From NCBI RefSeq assembly GCF_006345805.1, contig NC_043005.1:40052001-40116000 (forward strand): a stretch of DNA of 64,000 bases, in the 5' to 3' direction. The notes below the pieces were generated by a model. The model was not told the origin of the DNA. It was given only the letters and a program-made list of their open reading frames with translations, and did no database searches. Numbering within the stretch: the stretch's first letter is position 1; each line of letters opens with the position of its first letter. The position numbers were made by a program, and so were the translations under genes. Source of the DNA: Octopus sinensis (lineage: Eukaryota). This document shows positions 11,824 to 24,120 of this stretch, one piece after another.

Positions 11824-12134
11824 AATATCAGATGATTTTGGTATAACAGAATTTTTTTACTGCAAGTGCATCATCATCAGTATTCATCATTTTTTATAGA
11901 CTAATGGATGATGTTATACAAAGCAGCTATAACTCTCTTTATATAAATCTATGGTTAAATTATTATCTGGAATGAATACAGGATAACTTTGCATTTTAAA
12001 CTTGGTTAAATTTACAAAGGAGTTTGCGGCATCTTCAAATATTGACAGAGATCTCAGTTTATGGAAATAGAGCAGCAGTGATCATATTTGTTAGGAAACA
12101 ACGAAAAATATATCGTGATGAGAGAAGAAGAACT
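11824..12134 (+). other. 5' UTR part of the ZNF-A terminal exon
   Basis: ctattattttcag|AATATC acceptor. Homologous to 20713-20994, 28786-29098 and 42964-43336. Confidence 0.75.
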
Positions 12135-13730
12135 ATGGAAAATGAATTATGTGAGAACGAGATTAAATGTATAACACCAACTAAAATGATTGATTTTCCT
12201 GATGAGATGATGCTGAAAGAGAAAGAACAAACATCACACTGCTGTATTATCTGTAATAAATCATTCTCTCGAAAAGGCAACTTGACTACTCACAAGCGTG
12301 TTCATACGGGTGAGAGACCATATAATTGTGATATCTGTCATAAGTCATTTTCTCAAGAAAGTTCTTTAACTACTCACAAACGCATTCATACAGGAGAGAA
12401 ACCATATCACTGTGATATTTGTGGTAAATTATTTTCTCATGGAATTACCTTAACTAATCACAAACGTATTCATACAGGGGAAGAACCATATCTCTGTGAT
12501 ATCTGTGGTAAATCATTCTCTCAAGAAAGTGCCTTAACTACTCATAAACGCATTCATACAGGAGAGAAACCATATCAGTGTGACATATGCGGTAAATCAT
12601 TCTCTGCTAGAAGTCAGTCTGCCACTCACAAACGTATTCATACAGGTGAAAAACCACATCACTGTGATATCTGTGGTAAATCATACTTTACAAGGAGTCA
12701 TTTAACTGCTCACCGACGTATTCATACTGGAGAGAAGCCGTATCACTGTGATATTTGTGGTAAATCATTCTCTGTAGGGACTAAATTAAATAAACACAAA
12801 TACATTCATACAGGAGAGAAGCCATATCACTGTGATATCTGTGGCAAATCATTCTCTGATGGAGGTAACTTAACCAAACATAAATATATTCATACAGGAG
12901 AGAAGCCATATCACTGTGATATCTGTGGTAAGTCATTCTTTCAAAGAGTTCACTTAACAACTCACAAACGTAGTCATACAGGAGAGAAGCCATATCATTG
13001 CGATATCTGTGGTAAATCATTCTCTGAAAGAAGTTACATTACCACTCATAAACGTATTCATACAGGGGAAAAACCATATCACTGTAATATTTGTGGCAAA
13101 TCATTTTCTCAGACAAGTGAATTAACAACTCACAACAGACGTATTCATACCAGAGTGGAACACAGCGGAAAAAAAAAGCAGCCATATCAATGTGACATCT
13201 GTGGTAAATTATTCTCTGAACCAAGTTACTTAACCTGTCACAAACGCATTCATACTGGAGAGAAACCCCATCACTGTGATATCTGTGGTAAATCATTCTC
13301 TGCAAGAAGTTACTTAACTAAACACAGACATATACATACAGGAGAGAAGCCATATCACTGTGATATCTGTGGTATATCATTCTCTCAAGCAGGTCACTTA
13401 ACTACTCACAAACGTATTCACACAGGAGAAAAGCCATACCACTGTGATATCTGTGGTAAATCGTTCTCCCAAACCAGTCACTTAACTATTCACAGACGTA
13501 TTCACACTGGTGAGAAACCATACCTCTGTGATATTTGTGGTAAATCATTCTACCAAAATAGTGATGTAACTAAACACAAACGTATTCACACAGGAGAGAA
13601 GCCATATCATTGTGACTGTTGTGGGAAATCATTCTCTGAAGGAAGGTTCTTATCGAAACACAAACATATTCATGCACATAAAAGAAAGCAAGTTATCTCA
13701 ATGATATCTGGAGTAAGTCAATCTCTGTAA
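12135..13730 (+). CDS. C2H2 zinc-finger protein ZNF-A, 531 aa, 17 fingers, no KRAB/BTB/ZAD recognised
   Basis: CxxC...HxxxH repeats with TGEKP linkers. The ATG at 12135 (MENELCEN) aligns with the paralog starts, so the track's TTG at 12024 is unlikely. Confidence 0.95.
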   Translation: MENELCENEIKCITPTKMIDFPDEMMLKEKEQTSHCCIICNKSFSRKGNLTTHKRVHTGERPYNCDICHKSFSQESSLTTHKRIHTGEKPYHCDICGKLFSHGITLTNHKRIHTGEEPYLCDICGKSFSQESALTTHKRIHTGEKPYQCDICGKSFSARSQSATHKRIHTGEKPHHCDICGKSYFTRSHLTAHRRIHTGEKPYHCDICGKSFSVGTKLNKHKYIHTGEKPYHCDICGKSFSDGGNLTKHKYIHTGEKPYHCDICGKSFFQRVHLTTHKRSHTGEKPYHCDICGKSFSERSYITTHKRIHTGEKPYHCNICGKSFSQTSELTTHNRRIHTRVEHSGKKKQPYQCDICGKLFSEPSYLTCHKRIHTGEKPHHCDICGKSFSARSYLTKHRHIHTGEKPYHCDICGISFSQAGHLTTHKRIHTGEKPYHCDICGKSFSQTSHLTIHRRIHTGEKPYLCDICGKSFYQNSDVTKHKRIHTGEKPYHCDCCGKSFSEGRFLSKHKHIHAHKRKQVISMISGVSQSL

Positions 13731-15480
13731 CAAATTAATCAACTACTTTTAAATGTATTCTGTAAAGTGGTTGGCAAATAAACACAATGTACAGTAAGGC
13801 AAACTCATTGGTATTGCTGGGGACAATATAACTTCTCTAGTACTGGTGCCATGGAAAAGTGGATGTAAAAAATTATGATGATGAAGCATTCATACAAGAC
13901 AGAAAGCATATCAATATATTATCAGCAGTTCAAAATTTTTCTCAAAGTAGTTTATGCATTCATTGGGGAGAGTAACTGTAGCGAATGTGAAAATTCATAC
14001 CAGAAAATATAACCATAAAAGTAATCACATATGAAATAACAGTGTGATAACAACCTTCCAACACTATATTATATATATGTATAACCACAAGTGTATCTAC
14101 ATTGATAAGATAATTTAATTAATAACTGTGATGTTTTTAATACATTGTTTTAGGAGGACTCATTGTATTCCATCTAACATATTTCCCCAAGGGAGAAAAT
14201 GTACTATTATTTGACATGGTGGGTAAAGAGCTGAGAAAGATATTCTTAGGTATCAGAGATTGTATCAATGTGAAGTTACTATCTTAGAAATACTTATATG
14301 AACCTTGACAAAAAATATCATACTATAATAGACTATATAACTTATATAGATTTTTCTAGAACTTATGTACATTCTTTAATGTTTTTGATGTTACATTTAA
14401 GGTATGCATATATATATATATATATATATATCCTATCAAGGAAATGACTTTGTTATAAGATCATATAATTTAATAAATTTTTCTTCGTTTATAGTGAGAT
14501 TATTTTCATTTGTGAATCATCCTCATATTATCCGTTTCAGTATTTTTAATGTCCATTCTGCATGCTCATATGAACTGGACTTGTCTGTCATACATGATAT
14601 CACCATATTTTCTCTTGAGTTATGACCTTATCACTCTTTGTAAATATTCTTAAAAACCTAAACTCTAAATAAAGCTGATCTACTCTGAAACTATTGTATT
14701 ATTTTATATGTTGAATATCTAACTAAAACTTGTACTGACACAACCATAAACTAAAGAATTTCAAAATTTGATTAATGTCTGATAAAAAGTGTACATTTCT
14801 CAAATCCTTTGCTAATATTTAACTTTGAATTTAAAACGACTGTATTTTCTCTTGATTTAAACTAATGTACCTGGTATTTTATAGTACTTCCCCAAAACAA
14901 CCAAAACAATTTTATATTTTAAAATATTTAATCTCCCACATTCTTGATTGAAGATGAACCACTTCAGCACTTCATTGGAAGTCTCTACAACATCATGGAA
15001 TATTTGGCAGAGTCTGTGTTGGATTCTTTTATATCTGCCATCACGAATCATACCACGACTTCTCTCTTCAGCCTTTGGTGGATGAAGCATAATTCAAAGA
15101 CTGTCCTTCGAAGAAGAATCGTCCCACGACTACGCTGACATTTTTACATTCTAAACATTGTTTTTTTATGACTTAACTGTCATTTTTGCAATGTCCAAAC
15201 AATCAGTTTTTTTACGACTTGAGGCTACCATTTTGTGAGGCCCAAATGCTCAGTTTCTTTGATGACTATGAATTGAAGGATAACACTAAACATTAAATGA
15301 TGATAATGGTGGTTATTTAACAAATATGTTGGTTAATGGTAGCCAATTGAGTGAAAGTATTAGGAAAATATATTTCACTAAAACTGATATTGCTAAAATG
15401 TGATACATATTGTAATATATAAGCCAAATAGACATTGTACTTTCCAGGTAAAGATATAAACAATCAATTATGAGTACTAA

Positions 15481-17560
15481 GACTGTCCCAGGTGAAGACT
15501 GTACCACCCAACATTGTGGTTAGTGACCAAGAGCTCAACAAATCCAGAGACAAGACAATGTGATGAAGAAGGACATTGAAGTTTAAAGAGTTATCAACCA
15601 ACAGTAGAATCAGAGATGAATTTATTGAAATTATTATAACAAGATTGAAGAGACAGAAAATTATATCATAGAGGACATCTCAGAGTTTCTATGGGACAAC
15701 TTAATGAGAGCAACAGACCAAGTCTATGGCATGTGTAAAGTCCCTGCCAAAAAGGAGGATGATATGGTGGTGGAATAGCTCTGTAGACAGAGAAAAAATG
15801 CTAAGAGACAAGCCTAGAAAACTAGAAGAATGAGGGCAGCAAAGAGCTACACCGAGTCACCAGCTAGATGTCAGGTATATCTAATAAGGGTAGAAGATGA
15901 GAGTAAGAAGTCTGCCAATGTTCTAAGACATGAGGAGCAAAAGCATCAGATATTCCAGATTGCAGAGAAGCATGTGAAAGAAAGTTGGGGAGAAGTAAGG
16001 AGTAATTATGGCACTCCTACTTTTGCAGACATTGAAAGAAAGAAGCATCAAAGTGTGAGAAAATGTTGACTGAGGTGAATACATAGGAGAAAGTAAACCC
16101 AACAGAGGGCCTAGCCATTCCAGTTAATACAAGTATAGTGGATAGAACAAATAAGTCTTTATTAGTAGGAAAGATACCCAGTCCACCAGAAATTACTGCT
16201 GAAATGAAACATGGATTAGTCATTTGCATAGTAAATCAGGTTGTACAGGAAGGTATCAGACACAACACCTGGCATTGTAGTAGTACTGATTTAACTGTTA
16301 TAAGGTCAAAGGAGATGTGTTATGGAAAGAAAACTATAGAGGTATTAAACCAGATTTGTGCAAGTTATCAAAAGAGTTTGGTTGTGTGCCAGGAAGTACT
16401 ATTGATGCTGTATTTCCAGAAAGACAACTGCTGGTGTATCTGGCCAGGAGTAAGCCCCTATTGTTAACATTTGTTGATCTTGAAAAGATGTTTGACAGTG
16501 TGCCATGCTATGTGATCGGATGGTCACCAAGGAACCTTGAGGCATGTGAGAGCTATACAGCCTTGTAGAGCAAGAGTGCCATTATCATTCTGTACACACC
16601 TGTCCCCATGTACAATCAGCAAGGTAATTTAGTGATAAGTGGAGCAATGGATCTAATATGGAAGGCTGTGCTCTCTTCTGTTTATTAGAGCTATTGAAGC
16701 TATAGTAGAGGAATTTAAGATCAGCTACCTCTAGGAATTCATATATTCTGATGGCCTAGTTGTTATAGCTGAATCATGAATAGAATTAAAAAAGAAATTT
16801 CAGTCATGGAAACCAAACCTTGAATTGAAAGCCTCAAAGTAAACTTAGCAAAGTTTAAAGTATTAGTAAGTAGGATAGAAGACAGAAGCCAACTGCCATT
16901 GGGAAATAGCACGCTCAATGTGTAAAAAGCAGTAGGTAGTAATTCCATGTGATGCAATGTGTAAACTGTGGACATGCAAGAAATGCAGTGGGATCATAGG
17001 TAGGCTAACAGAGAAGGTAGACTTTACATGTAAGTGTATGGGCACTATACACAAATTGCACATGTAAAATAGACTTTCAACTGGCCTGGGAGTCTCTCTA
17101 GAAGTAGTTCACAGCTTCTATTACCTACGAAACAACAGTGGAGATGAATGTTCAGAAAGCATAGTATCTGGGATAAGAAATGATTGGAAGAAGTTCCAAG
17201 TTTTATCTCTGCTGGTAACAAAGGATATTTCTTTTAGTGAAGGGCAGATTGTATGATACTTGTGCATGAAGCAAAACACAACCCAGTAGTTAGACATAGA
17301 CCTTTAATGCAGAAGATTTATGAAGGCTAGAAAGAAATGAACATGTTTTGCTGGATGTGTAATAAAAGAGTGCATAAATATGGCACTCAAATGAACTGAG
17401 AAAAAAACTGAGTGTGAGAGTAATCAAATGCAGTATACAAGAGAGATGACTGCATTGATATGAGTATATGATGTGTATGGGGGAGGAAAGCAGCATAAAG
17501 AAGCATTGCACTTAAAGGAAGTGGAACATATAGAAAAGGATGACTAGGAACAACATGCTA
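15481..17560 (+). mobile_element. Decayed RTE-clade LINE ORF (RT region)
   Basis: Degenerate motifs YKxKGD...NYRGIK, FGxVPGxST, FVDLEKxFDxVP, LYxDxL, GWKKF and WYxHVM with many stops and frameshifts. Confidence 0.9.
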
Positions 17561-17578
17561 AAGACAGACCTGAGGTTG

Positions 17579-17800
17579 CATCTCATGAAGATGATAAAGA
17601 ACTACATTGTTGATACACTGTGAAGGAAAAGACCTGCCCAGCCATTAAGGCATCTCATGGAGATGGTAAAGAACTACATTGATTGTTGATACACTGTGAA
17701 GGAAAAGACCTGCCAGCCATTAAGGCATCTCATGAAGATGATAAAGAACTACATTGATTGTTGATACACTGTGAAGGAAAAGAGCTGCCAGCCATTAAGG
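17579..17800. repeat. Three tandem 72-75-bp repeats at the end of the RTE relic
   Basis: catctcatgaagatgataaagaactacatt...ccagccattaagg starts at 17579, 17651 and 17726. Confidence 0.95.
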
Positions 17801-18039
17801 CATGGCAAAACAGATGTTAAAATTTTTGTACACATTATGTAGGCATGTACCTTTAGGACATGGAGAAAAAAATTTTTAAATATATATGTTTAGGACTGAG
17901 GCACAGAAAAGTGGAGCAAAGTAACACAAAAACAATCTGAAAAATATCTTAAACCAGTCTGGAGCACCTAAATATAAGTCTCTTGAGGCAAAAGGTTCTG
18001 CATGGCAGTAGTGAGGTTTCCAACTGAAGAGAGGGTAGG

Positions 18040-18380
18040 AAACATTTTGTAACACACCTAAAGAGTGACAAACAGGTCTTTATACGTATCTGCCTCTGCC
18101 AGAGTGTGGCGAAAATAAAGGTGGTCAGTATGCTAGCAGAAATAGATATCTACTGGATAGAAGGGGCCATTTTGCTCAATATTGAAGAAGAAACAAAGAT
18201 ATTGAAAGTTCACAGTGAGCAACAGGAAAATTAGTCAGGCAAAAGGATGAAGTTGTTGATCCAAACTGATCAAGAAAGTATGGAAGCTGTCCCAGACCTG
18301 ATTCATCTCCCAGGTGGCTTGCAATTGTTTGTGGGTATTGGGAGTAGAAAGCCAAGCAGTGATGCATAGCTGCACAAAGG
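18040..18380 (+). mobile_element. Decayed ORF1 of an L1/Tx1-like LINE related to 63185-63985
   Basis: VAKIKVVSMLAEIDIYWIEGAILLNIEEETKIL...PDLIHLPGGLQLFVGIGSRKP aligns by eye with VTKIKIDLVPAELDISWLVAAVLYDIEDTATIL...PDSANLPDGTRLHVAVEGQKP. Confidence 0.75.
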
Positions 18381-19341
18381 AAGGATTGCTTAGTCTGGAT
18401 GGGCTTTATGTTTATATGCCAGATTTGTTCAGCAAAATCTAGGCAGATATCAACTGCAATTGGCAGCAGAAGGCGAGAATCATAGAAACTGAGAGAGTGG
18501 TACTCATGTTGTACAAGCAATTATCACAATAATCCAATGACATACAGATGTCTCTCTATGGAGACTTCATTTGTCATTCCACCAACTGAAAGTCCTTTAG
18601 TAGAAGAGTAGTAACATGTGCAGATCAAACCAGTTGAGAACAGACAGGTATAAATCTGCACATTATCCTAATATCATCATTGTATCTTCCAGAGACTGAG
18701 CAGCACTACTCATCCAAATCATTGACAATGAGAAAGCACAAAGAGACAACAATCACCTGCAAAGATAGAGCAATCCCCATGCATAGATACAGGCTATACA
18801 TACATGCTATGCTGACCTGTGCCTTGCAAGTGGAAATGGTAGAATAAAGCAGTACAGTAACCTGCCATATAGGAACATATATACATACCTACATCTAAAC
18901 ATATATATAAGAAAATTCTTAAATCAAAGATCAAGGAGACCAGTCATCCAAAGGGACAACTAAGCAAATGCAACATAACTGTAGAGGATATAGTTTTATT
19001 TTACAGATTTTATGTTTTAGCAAAGAAACTGTTCTTTCACTATCTGAAACAAAATATTTTGAATCTGTAAGAGTTGAAATATTTCTGAATATTTTTATGA
19101 ATTCCAATGTTTACAATGAATTTGACTGGTTTCTCCATGATATGTGATATCAAAGAATTATAAGTAAGAATGACAGAAGAATAATTCAATATTAAAAAGG
19201 CTTTATTTCAATTTCAGCTTATTAAGAATATTCACCGTGATGAGGTTCAGAGTTCAAGAATCTAGACTTCATAGTTAACAAGACAGATATTTTGTGTGAT
19301 GGATGTTCAGAATATACCGTTTTTTTTTTTTTATTTGTAAT

Positions 19342-20712
19342 TTAACTGACACCAATACAGTTGCTCTTCTGAATACATACATGTTTAGTTAGGTGACTTT
19401 TATGGGAAAATGATCTATTACAGATATCACAGTGATATGGTTTTTCTCCTGTATGAATACGCTTGTGTATAGTTAAAGTATTTCCATGTGTGAATGACTT
19501 ATCACAAAAATGACAGTGATATGGTTTCTCTCCTGTATGAATACGTTTGTGAGTATTTAAGTGGCCTTTTTCAGAGAATGATGTACCACAGATATCACAG
19601 TGATATGGTTTCTCCCCAGTATGAATACGTTTGTGTGTATTCAAATTACTACTTCTAGAGAATGATTTACCACAGATATCACAGTGATATGGTTTCTCTC
19701 CTGTATGGATACGCTTATGAGTAGTTAAGTGACTTATTTCAGAGAATGATTTACCACAGGTATCACAGTGGTGCGGTTTCTCTCCTGTATGACTACGTTT
19801 GTGAGATGTTAAGTGGCCTATTTCAGAGAATGATTTACCACAGATATTACAGTGATATGGCTTCTCTCCTGTATGAATACGTTTGTGCTTATTTAAGTTA
19901 CATCCTTTAGAGAATGATTTACCACAGATATCACAGTGATATGGCTTCTCCCCTGTATGAATTCGTTTGTGAGTAGTTAAATCACCAGAACGAGAGAATG
20001 ATTTATCACAGGTGTCACAAGTATAAGGTTTCTCTCCTGTATGGATACGTATGTGATTAGTTAAGTGATCATTTTGAGAAAAAGATTTACCACAGATATC
20101 ACAGTGATATGGCTTCTCTCCTGTATGAACGCGCTTGTGAGTAGTTAAGTGACCAGTCTGGGAGAATAATTTGCTACAAATATCACAGTGATATGGTTTC
20201 TCTCCTGTATGAGTACGTTTGTGTTTAATTAAGTGACAATTTTCAGAGAATGCTTTACCACAGATATCACACTGGTACGACTTCTCTCCTGTATGAATGC
20301 GCTTGTGAGTAGTTAAGGTAATACCATGAGAGAATGCTTTATCACAGATATCACAGTTATATGGTTTCTCTCCTGTATGAATACGTTTGTGATTAGTTAA
20401 ATGATTCACTTGAGAGAAAGATTTACCACAGATATCACACTGATATGGTTTTTCTCCTGTATGAATACGCTTGTGAATAGTGAGATTACCTTTTTCAGAG
20501 AATGATATACCACAGATATCACAGTGATATGGTTTCTTTCCTGTATGAATGTATTTGTGTCTAGTTAAGTTCTTTATTTGAGAGAACGACTTGTTACAAA
20601 TATCACAGTGGTATGAAATTTTTCCTTCCTTTTTCATTATATCATCAGGAAAATTAATTGCTTCAGACTGTGTTTTATATTTAATCCTGTTCTCAAAGAA
20701 TTCAACTTCCAT
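19342..20712 (-). CDS. C2H2 zinc-finger protein ZNF-B, 456 aa, 14 complete fingers plus one lacking the last His
   Basis: ORF track. Leader [26 protein letters not shown]. Acceptor ttttatttcag|AATATC with the exon starting at 20994. Confidence 0.95.
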   Translation of the reverse strand: MEVEFFENRIKYKTQSEAINFPDDIMKKEGKISYHCDICNKSFSQIKNLTRHKYIHTGKKPYHCDICGISFSEKGNLTIHKRIHTGEKPYQCDICGKSFSQVNHLTNHKRIHTGEKPYNCDICDKAFSHGITLTTHKRIHTGEKSYQCDICGKAFSENCHLIKHKRTHTGEKPYHCDICSKLFSQTGHLTTHKRVHTGEKPYHCDICGKSFSQNDHLTNHIRIHTGEKPYTCDTCDKSFSRSGDLTTHKRIHTGEKPYHCDICGKSFSKGCNLNKHKRIHTGEKPYHCNICGKSFSEIGHLTSHKRSHTGEKPHHCDTCGKSFSEISHLTTHKRIHTGEKPYHCDICGKSFSRSSNLNTHKRIHTGEKPYHCDICGTSFSEKGHLNTHKRIHTGEKPYHCHFCDKSFTHGNTLTIHKRIHTGEKPYHCDICNRSFSHKSHLTKHVCIQKSNCIGVS

Positions 20713-21109
20713 TGTTTTCTTCTCTCAATAGTGTCAATAAGTCACAAAATACTGTTTTTCTACTTTTCATTCTTATCAAATATTTTTGCTGCTATATTTC
20801 CATCACCTGTGATACCTGTCAATATCTGAAGAAGCTGCAAACTCTTTTGCAATTTTGTTCAAGTTTAACTAGGATGCAAAATCATCCTGTACAGATTTCA
20901 AATAGCAAATAAAATAGTGGTAACAATCACAGCTCAGAGGAAATAATTCACAGTAATTCCTCCACAGATTTATATTCCAAGTCCATGAGATATTCTGAAA
21001 TAAAAGAAAAACTGTGTAAGATATGCAAGTTATATAAAAAGTCAAGATTCAATAGTGCAAATTTTACTACATTTCTATATTAATAAACATAGCAATAACT
21101 ACATCTCAA

Positions 21110-21470
21110 AGACTGGTCTTTTACTTCAGGTATCAAAAAATACTCCAGCTCTCATGAACTAATGACCTTCTACAAGGCTCTAGTAAGAGCCACAATGGAG
21201 TACTGCACCCACATTTACAGTAGCTAAATACAACAGCAGTGTCTGACTGGAAGATGGGCGTAAAGTTACTCACAAACACACTCCTTCCTCTGAGCCACAG
21301 ACAAGCTGTCTCTTCTCTGCTTTTCTACTATTTAAGTTACATAGAACTGGCTGATCTTATACAAACTCCACTCAGGCATCACTCAACTTTCATCACCCAA
21401 ACATATCCAGTCCACAAGGTTGAAAGAGCCAATGCAGAGTAGGAGATTCAAAGAAGAGTTACATTGCTGG
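21110..21470 (+). mobile_element. CR1/L2-like LINE 3' fragment in the ZNF-B intron
   Basis: Reads YKALVRATMEYCTHIY (cf. YKAxVRPxMEYCxHIW). Confidence 0.7.
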
Positions 21471-21949
21471 CTGGGGGGTTGGTAAAATGTAGAGTTGGTA
21501 AATGAAAATATGTTTCATTGTTTGCGTCAATAATACCTGAAGCAAAAACTGAACAAATAACTTTTGAGATATTGGTAAGTCATGAAGTGGTATAGTAGGA
21601 TCAGAGAGCTTGGTAAAATGAAATGACTGACAGCAATTAAATTTTAACAATGAAATTTTTTTATTATTACATTCATTACTGTTAACAAATATCATCATCA
21701 TCATCATTTAATGCTCGTTTTCCATACTGGCATGGAAATTAACAATGTGGTAGTTTGACAAACTAGGAAAATATTAATAAATGTAGCAAGTGAAGAAGAC
21801 ATTTTATCAATACTCTCACAAGAGTTATTGATGAAATTTGTTATGAGTGCTCAGGATAAGATTACAAGAGTATGTGAGAGATGTCATACTCTTGTATGGA
21901 TGAAGCCAATGGCGATTTTATTGAATAAATTTACTCTTCCAATGTAGCC

Positions 21950-22290
21950 AACATGAGAAGAGGAAGGGATTCAGAATCACTAGAGGAATCAGAAACCAGG
22001 AGAGCTTCCTATGTTGCACAGCAAAGATCAAGACAGAATGCAGTCCAGCTTGAGAAACTTGCTTTTCAATATGAAAGCCAATCAAGACTACTCCTCCCTA
22101 CCTATTGTGATTGCTGAAGAGCTAAACAATGAACGCAACTATTGTAGAGCATTGAAGTTCAAGGATGAATCCCAAAGCTCCTGTTGCTCCAATCGAAAGA
22201 TCTAACTCCAGGACTTTCCAGCACCAGAACCACTGAAGTTATTGTTGACTAGATCCACCCAGGAGTTGTGCAAGGTTTGGCAGAATTCCT
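21950..22290 (+). mobile_element. Helitron Rep N-terminal remnant
   Basis: NYCRALKFKDESQSSCCSNRKI*LQDFPAPEPLKLLL fits the CxxCxAxxFxxE...CCxxG...PEPL Helitron pattern. Same type of region as 58184-58420. Confidence 0.75.
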
Positions 22291-22348
22291 ATGTGCAGAA
22301 CACAAATTCGCAAAAGTTGCTGAAAATTTCAAAATCTAAATAACTTAC

Positions 22349-22455
22349 GAGGGGTTATATAGGGGGCTTAAACCAGAATTCTGCCCAAAAATGTGAATTG
22401 AGGAATATATTAAAGGGGAAAGTTATTGCCAACTACAAACTTTACAATGCTGGTA
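22349..22455 (-). other. Candidate 5' UTR exon of ZNF-B
   Basis: ctgtttag acceptor and C|gtaagt donor (GT at 22348). Similar to 10946-11000. Confidence 0.5.
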
Positions 22456-22702
22456 CTAAACAGATTTATATATGATAATGATGTCTATTGAAATAGAATC
22501 ACTTTTTATGTTTTCCTAGATTAGAGTAGATACTGAAAAAAGAGGCAAAGATTTAAAATATCAGGAAAACATGTCTGAAGTTATATTCTGTATTTTCTAG
22601 AAAAAAAAAAGCCAACTAATTTTTTAAACTAATACGGTTGTTTGACTAACTGAATATTTATTTACATCAGCAAATACAGTCAGGGCAACATATGTTATTG
22701 AA

Positions 22703-22980
22703 CGGTGGTTTTCAACCAGAGTCCATGCAACAAAATAGTAAACTGAGGATCCTGAATAGTATTTTAGGGTCCCCTAAAAAAATTTACTTGGTATGTATTG
22801 CAAGAAACAGTTAGGTTTCTTTCAACATTTTACATAGTTCAATCTACACAAATTACTGTGTGAAAAACAAAGTAGGAATTTTCTATGAAGTTTCTATAAA
22901 ACTAGTTTGGTTATGGAAGTCCACCAGAATATAATAGTAATCAATGGGGTCCATAGATAAAATATGGGTGAGAACCCCTG
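22703..22980. mobile_element. hAT-type MITE
   Basis: TIRs cggtggttttcaacc / gggtgagaacccctg. Degenerate 8-bp TSD ttattgaa / ttattaag. Confidence 0.7.
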
Positions 22981-23147
22981 TTATTAAGAAGTCAAGTTAT
23001 GAGCTTAGACATGTACAAATTACAAAACAGATAGACATTTCAGTGCAGTAGATTAAAATCAGGTTGTGGAAATATATTTTTCCACGTCTATATAATTACA
23101 TTGTATTTGAAGTGAAAAATAATTAAGCGAGTTTCAACGTGTAAATA

Positions 23148-23379
23148 TATTTCTTTACTACCCACAGGGGGCTAAACAGAGAGGGGACAAACAAGGACAG
23201 ACAAACGGATTAAGTCGATTATATCGACCCCATTGCGTAACTGGTACTTATTTAATCGACCCCGAAAGGATGAAAGGCAAAGTCGACTTCGGCGGAATTT
23301 GAACTCAGAACGGAGCGGCGGGCGAAATACAGCTACGCATTTCGCCCGGCGTGCTAACGTTTCTGCCAGTTTGCCGCCC
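23148..23379 (-). mobile_element. Near full-length OR2-like tRNA/CORE SINE
   Basis: Reverse complement of the copy at 37491-37711, with a B-box (gagttcaaattcc). Confidence 0.92.
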
Positions 23380-23979
23380 ACTCAACTTGGACGTTTGGCG
23401 GCGGGGTCAGGAATGCAGAAAGGGAAGTTTTTGATTTCATCTGCCTCCCACTCTACTGAAGTACCTAATGATGCTCGCCCCGCATCTCCTGCAGTAATGT
23501 CTCAAAAGTTTTTACAAGAGAACAACCGTTTCCCTTGGCATGAATAAATAAGAGCGTGCTTATCCCTCAATCCTGGTAACCACAAGTTTGAATACAGTCT
23601 TAAGCTTATAGTATGCATGATCCATTAACGGAGAATCTTAATCTATTTTTTGATTCCCTTTTTCGCTATTTTCGTACTGCTCTATTATTTAAGCACATTA
23701 GCATAGACTTTAAGTAAATACATGACAACATACCGTTATCAGATGTAAATAGTACATCAGTGTGTGGTACCTTTTCAACAAACTACCAAAGAAATGATCC
23801 CGTTATTAAATTGAGCTTTTAAAGATCTTTGTCAATTTTATATATCAACATTGTTGTTACTTGCCACATCTTTAGCCATAGATTCGTATCTGTATGTGTG
23901 TTTGTGTGTAATGGAACAAAAAGGGTATCATCATGATTGACTGATTGATTGTATGATGTGTGTGTGTATGTATGTATTT

Positions 23980-24120
23980 CGTAGGACATGGGCCAGTGAA
24001 TCTGTACCTGAGGACTGGATAAATACAGTAATGGTGGTCTTATATAAGGGAAAGGGCAACAGGAATGATTGTGGTAACTATAGGGGAATATCATTGCTTT
24101 CTGTCGTAGGAAAGGTTTTA
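23980..24120 (+). mobile_element. Internal RTE/RTEX reverse-transcriptase fragment embedded in a (TATG/TG) microsatellite
   Basis: WASESVPEDWINTVMVVLYKGKGNRNDCGNYRGISLLSVVGKVL, with simple repeats on both sides. Confidence 0.85.

Noticed and set aside
12024-12134. N-terminal extension of ZNF-A from a TTG start
   Set aside because: The region is homologous to paralog 5' UTRs that have stops and indels. The conserved start is the ATG at 12135.
12781-13305. Antisense ORFs over the finger arrays (also 29247-29480, 42069-42383)
   Set aside because: Shadows of the 84-bp repeat with no independent signal.
19237-19372. C/D box snoRNA (GTGATGA ... CTGA)
   Set aside because: No terminal stem, and the D box falls inside ZNF-B coding sequence. 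Likely chance.
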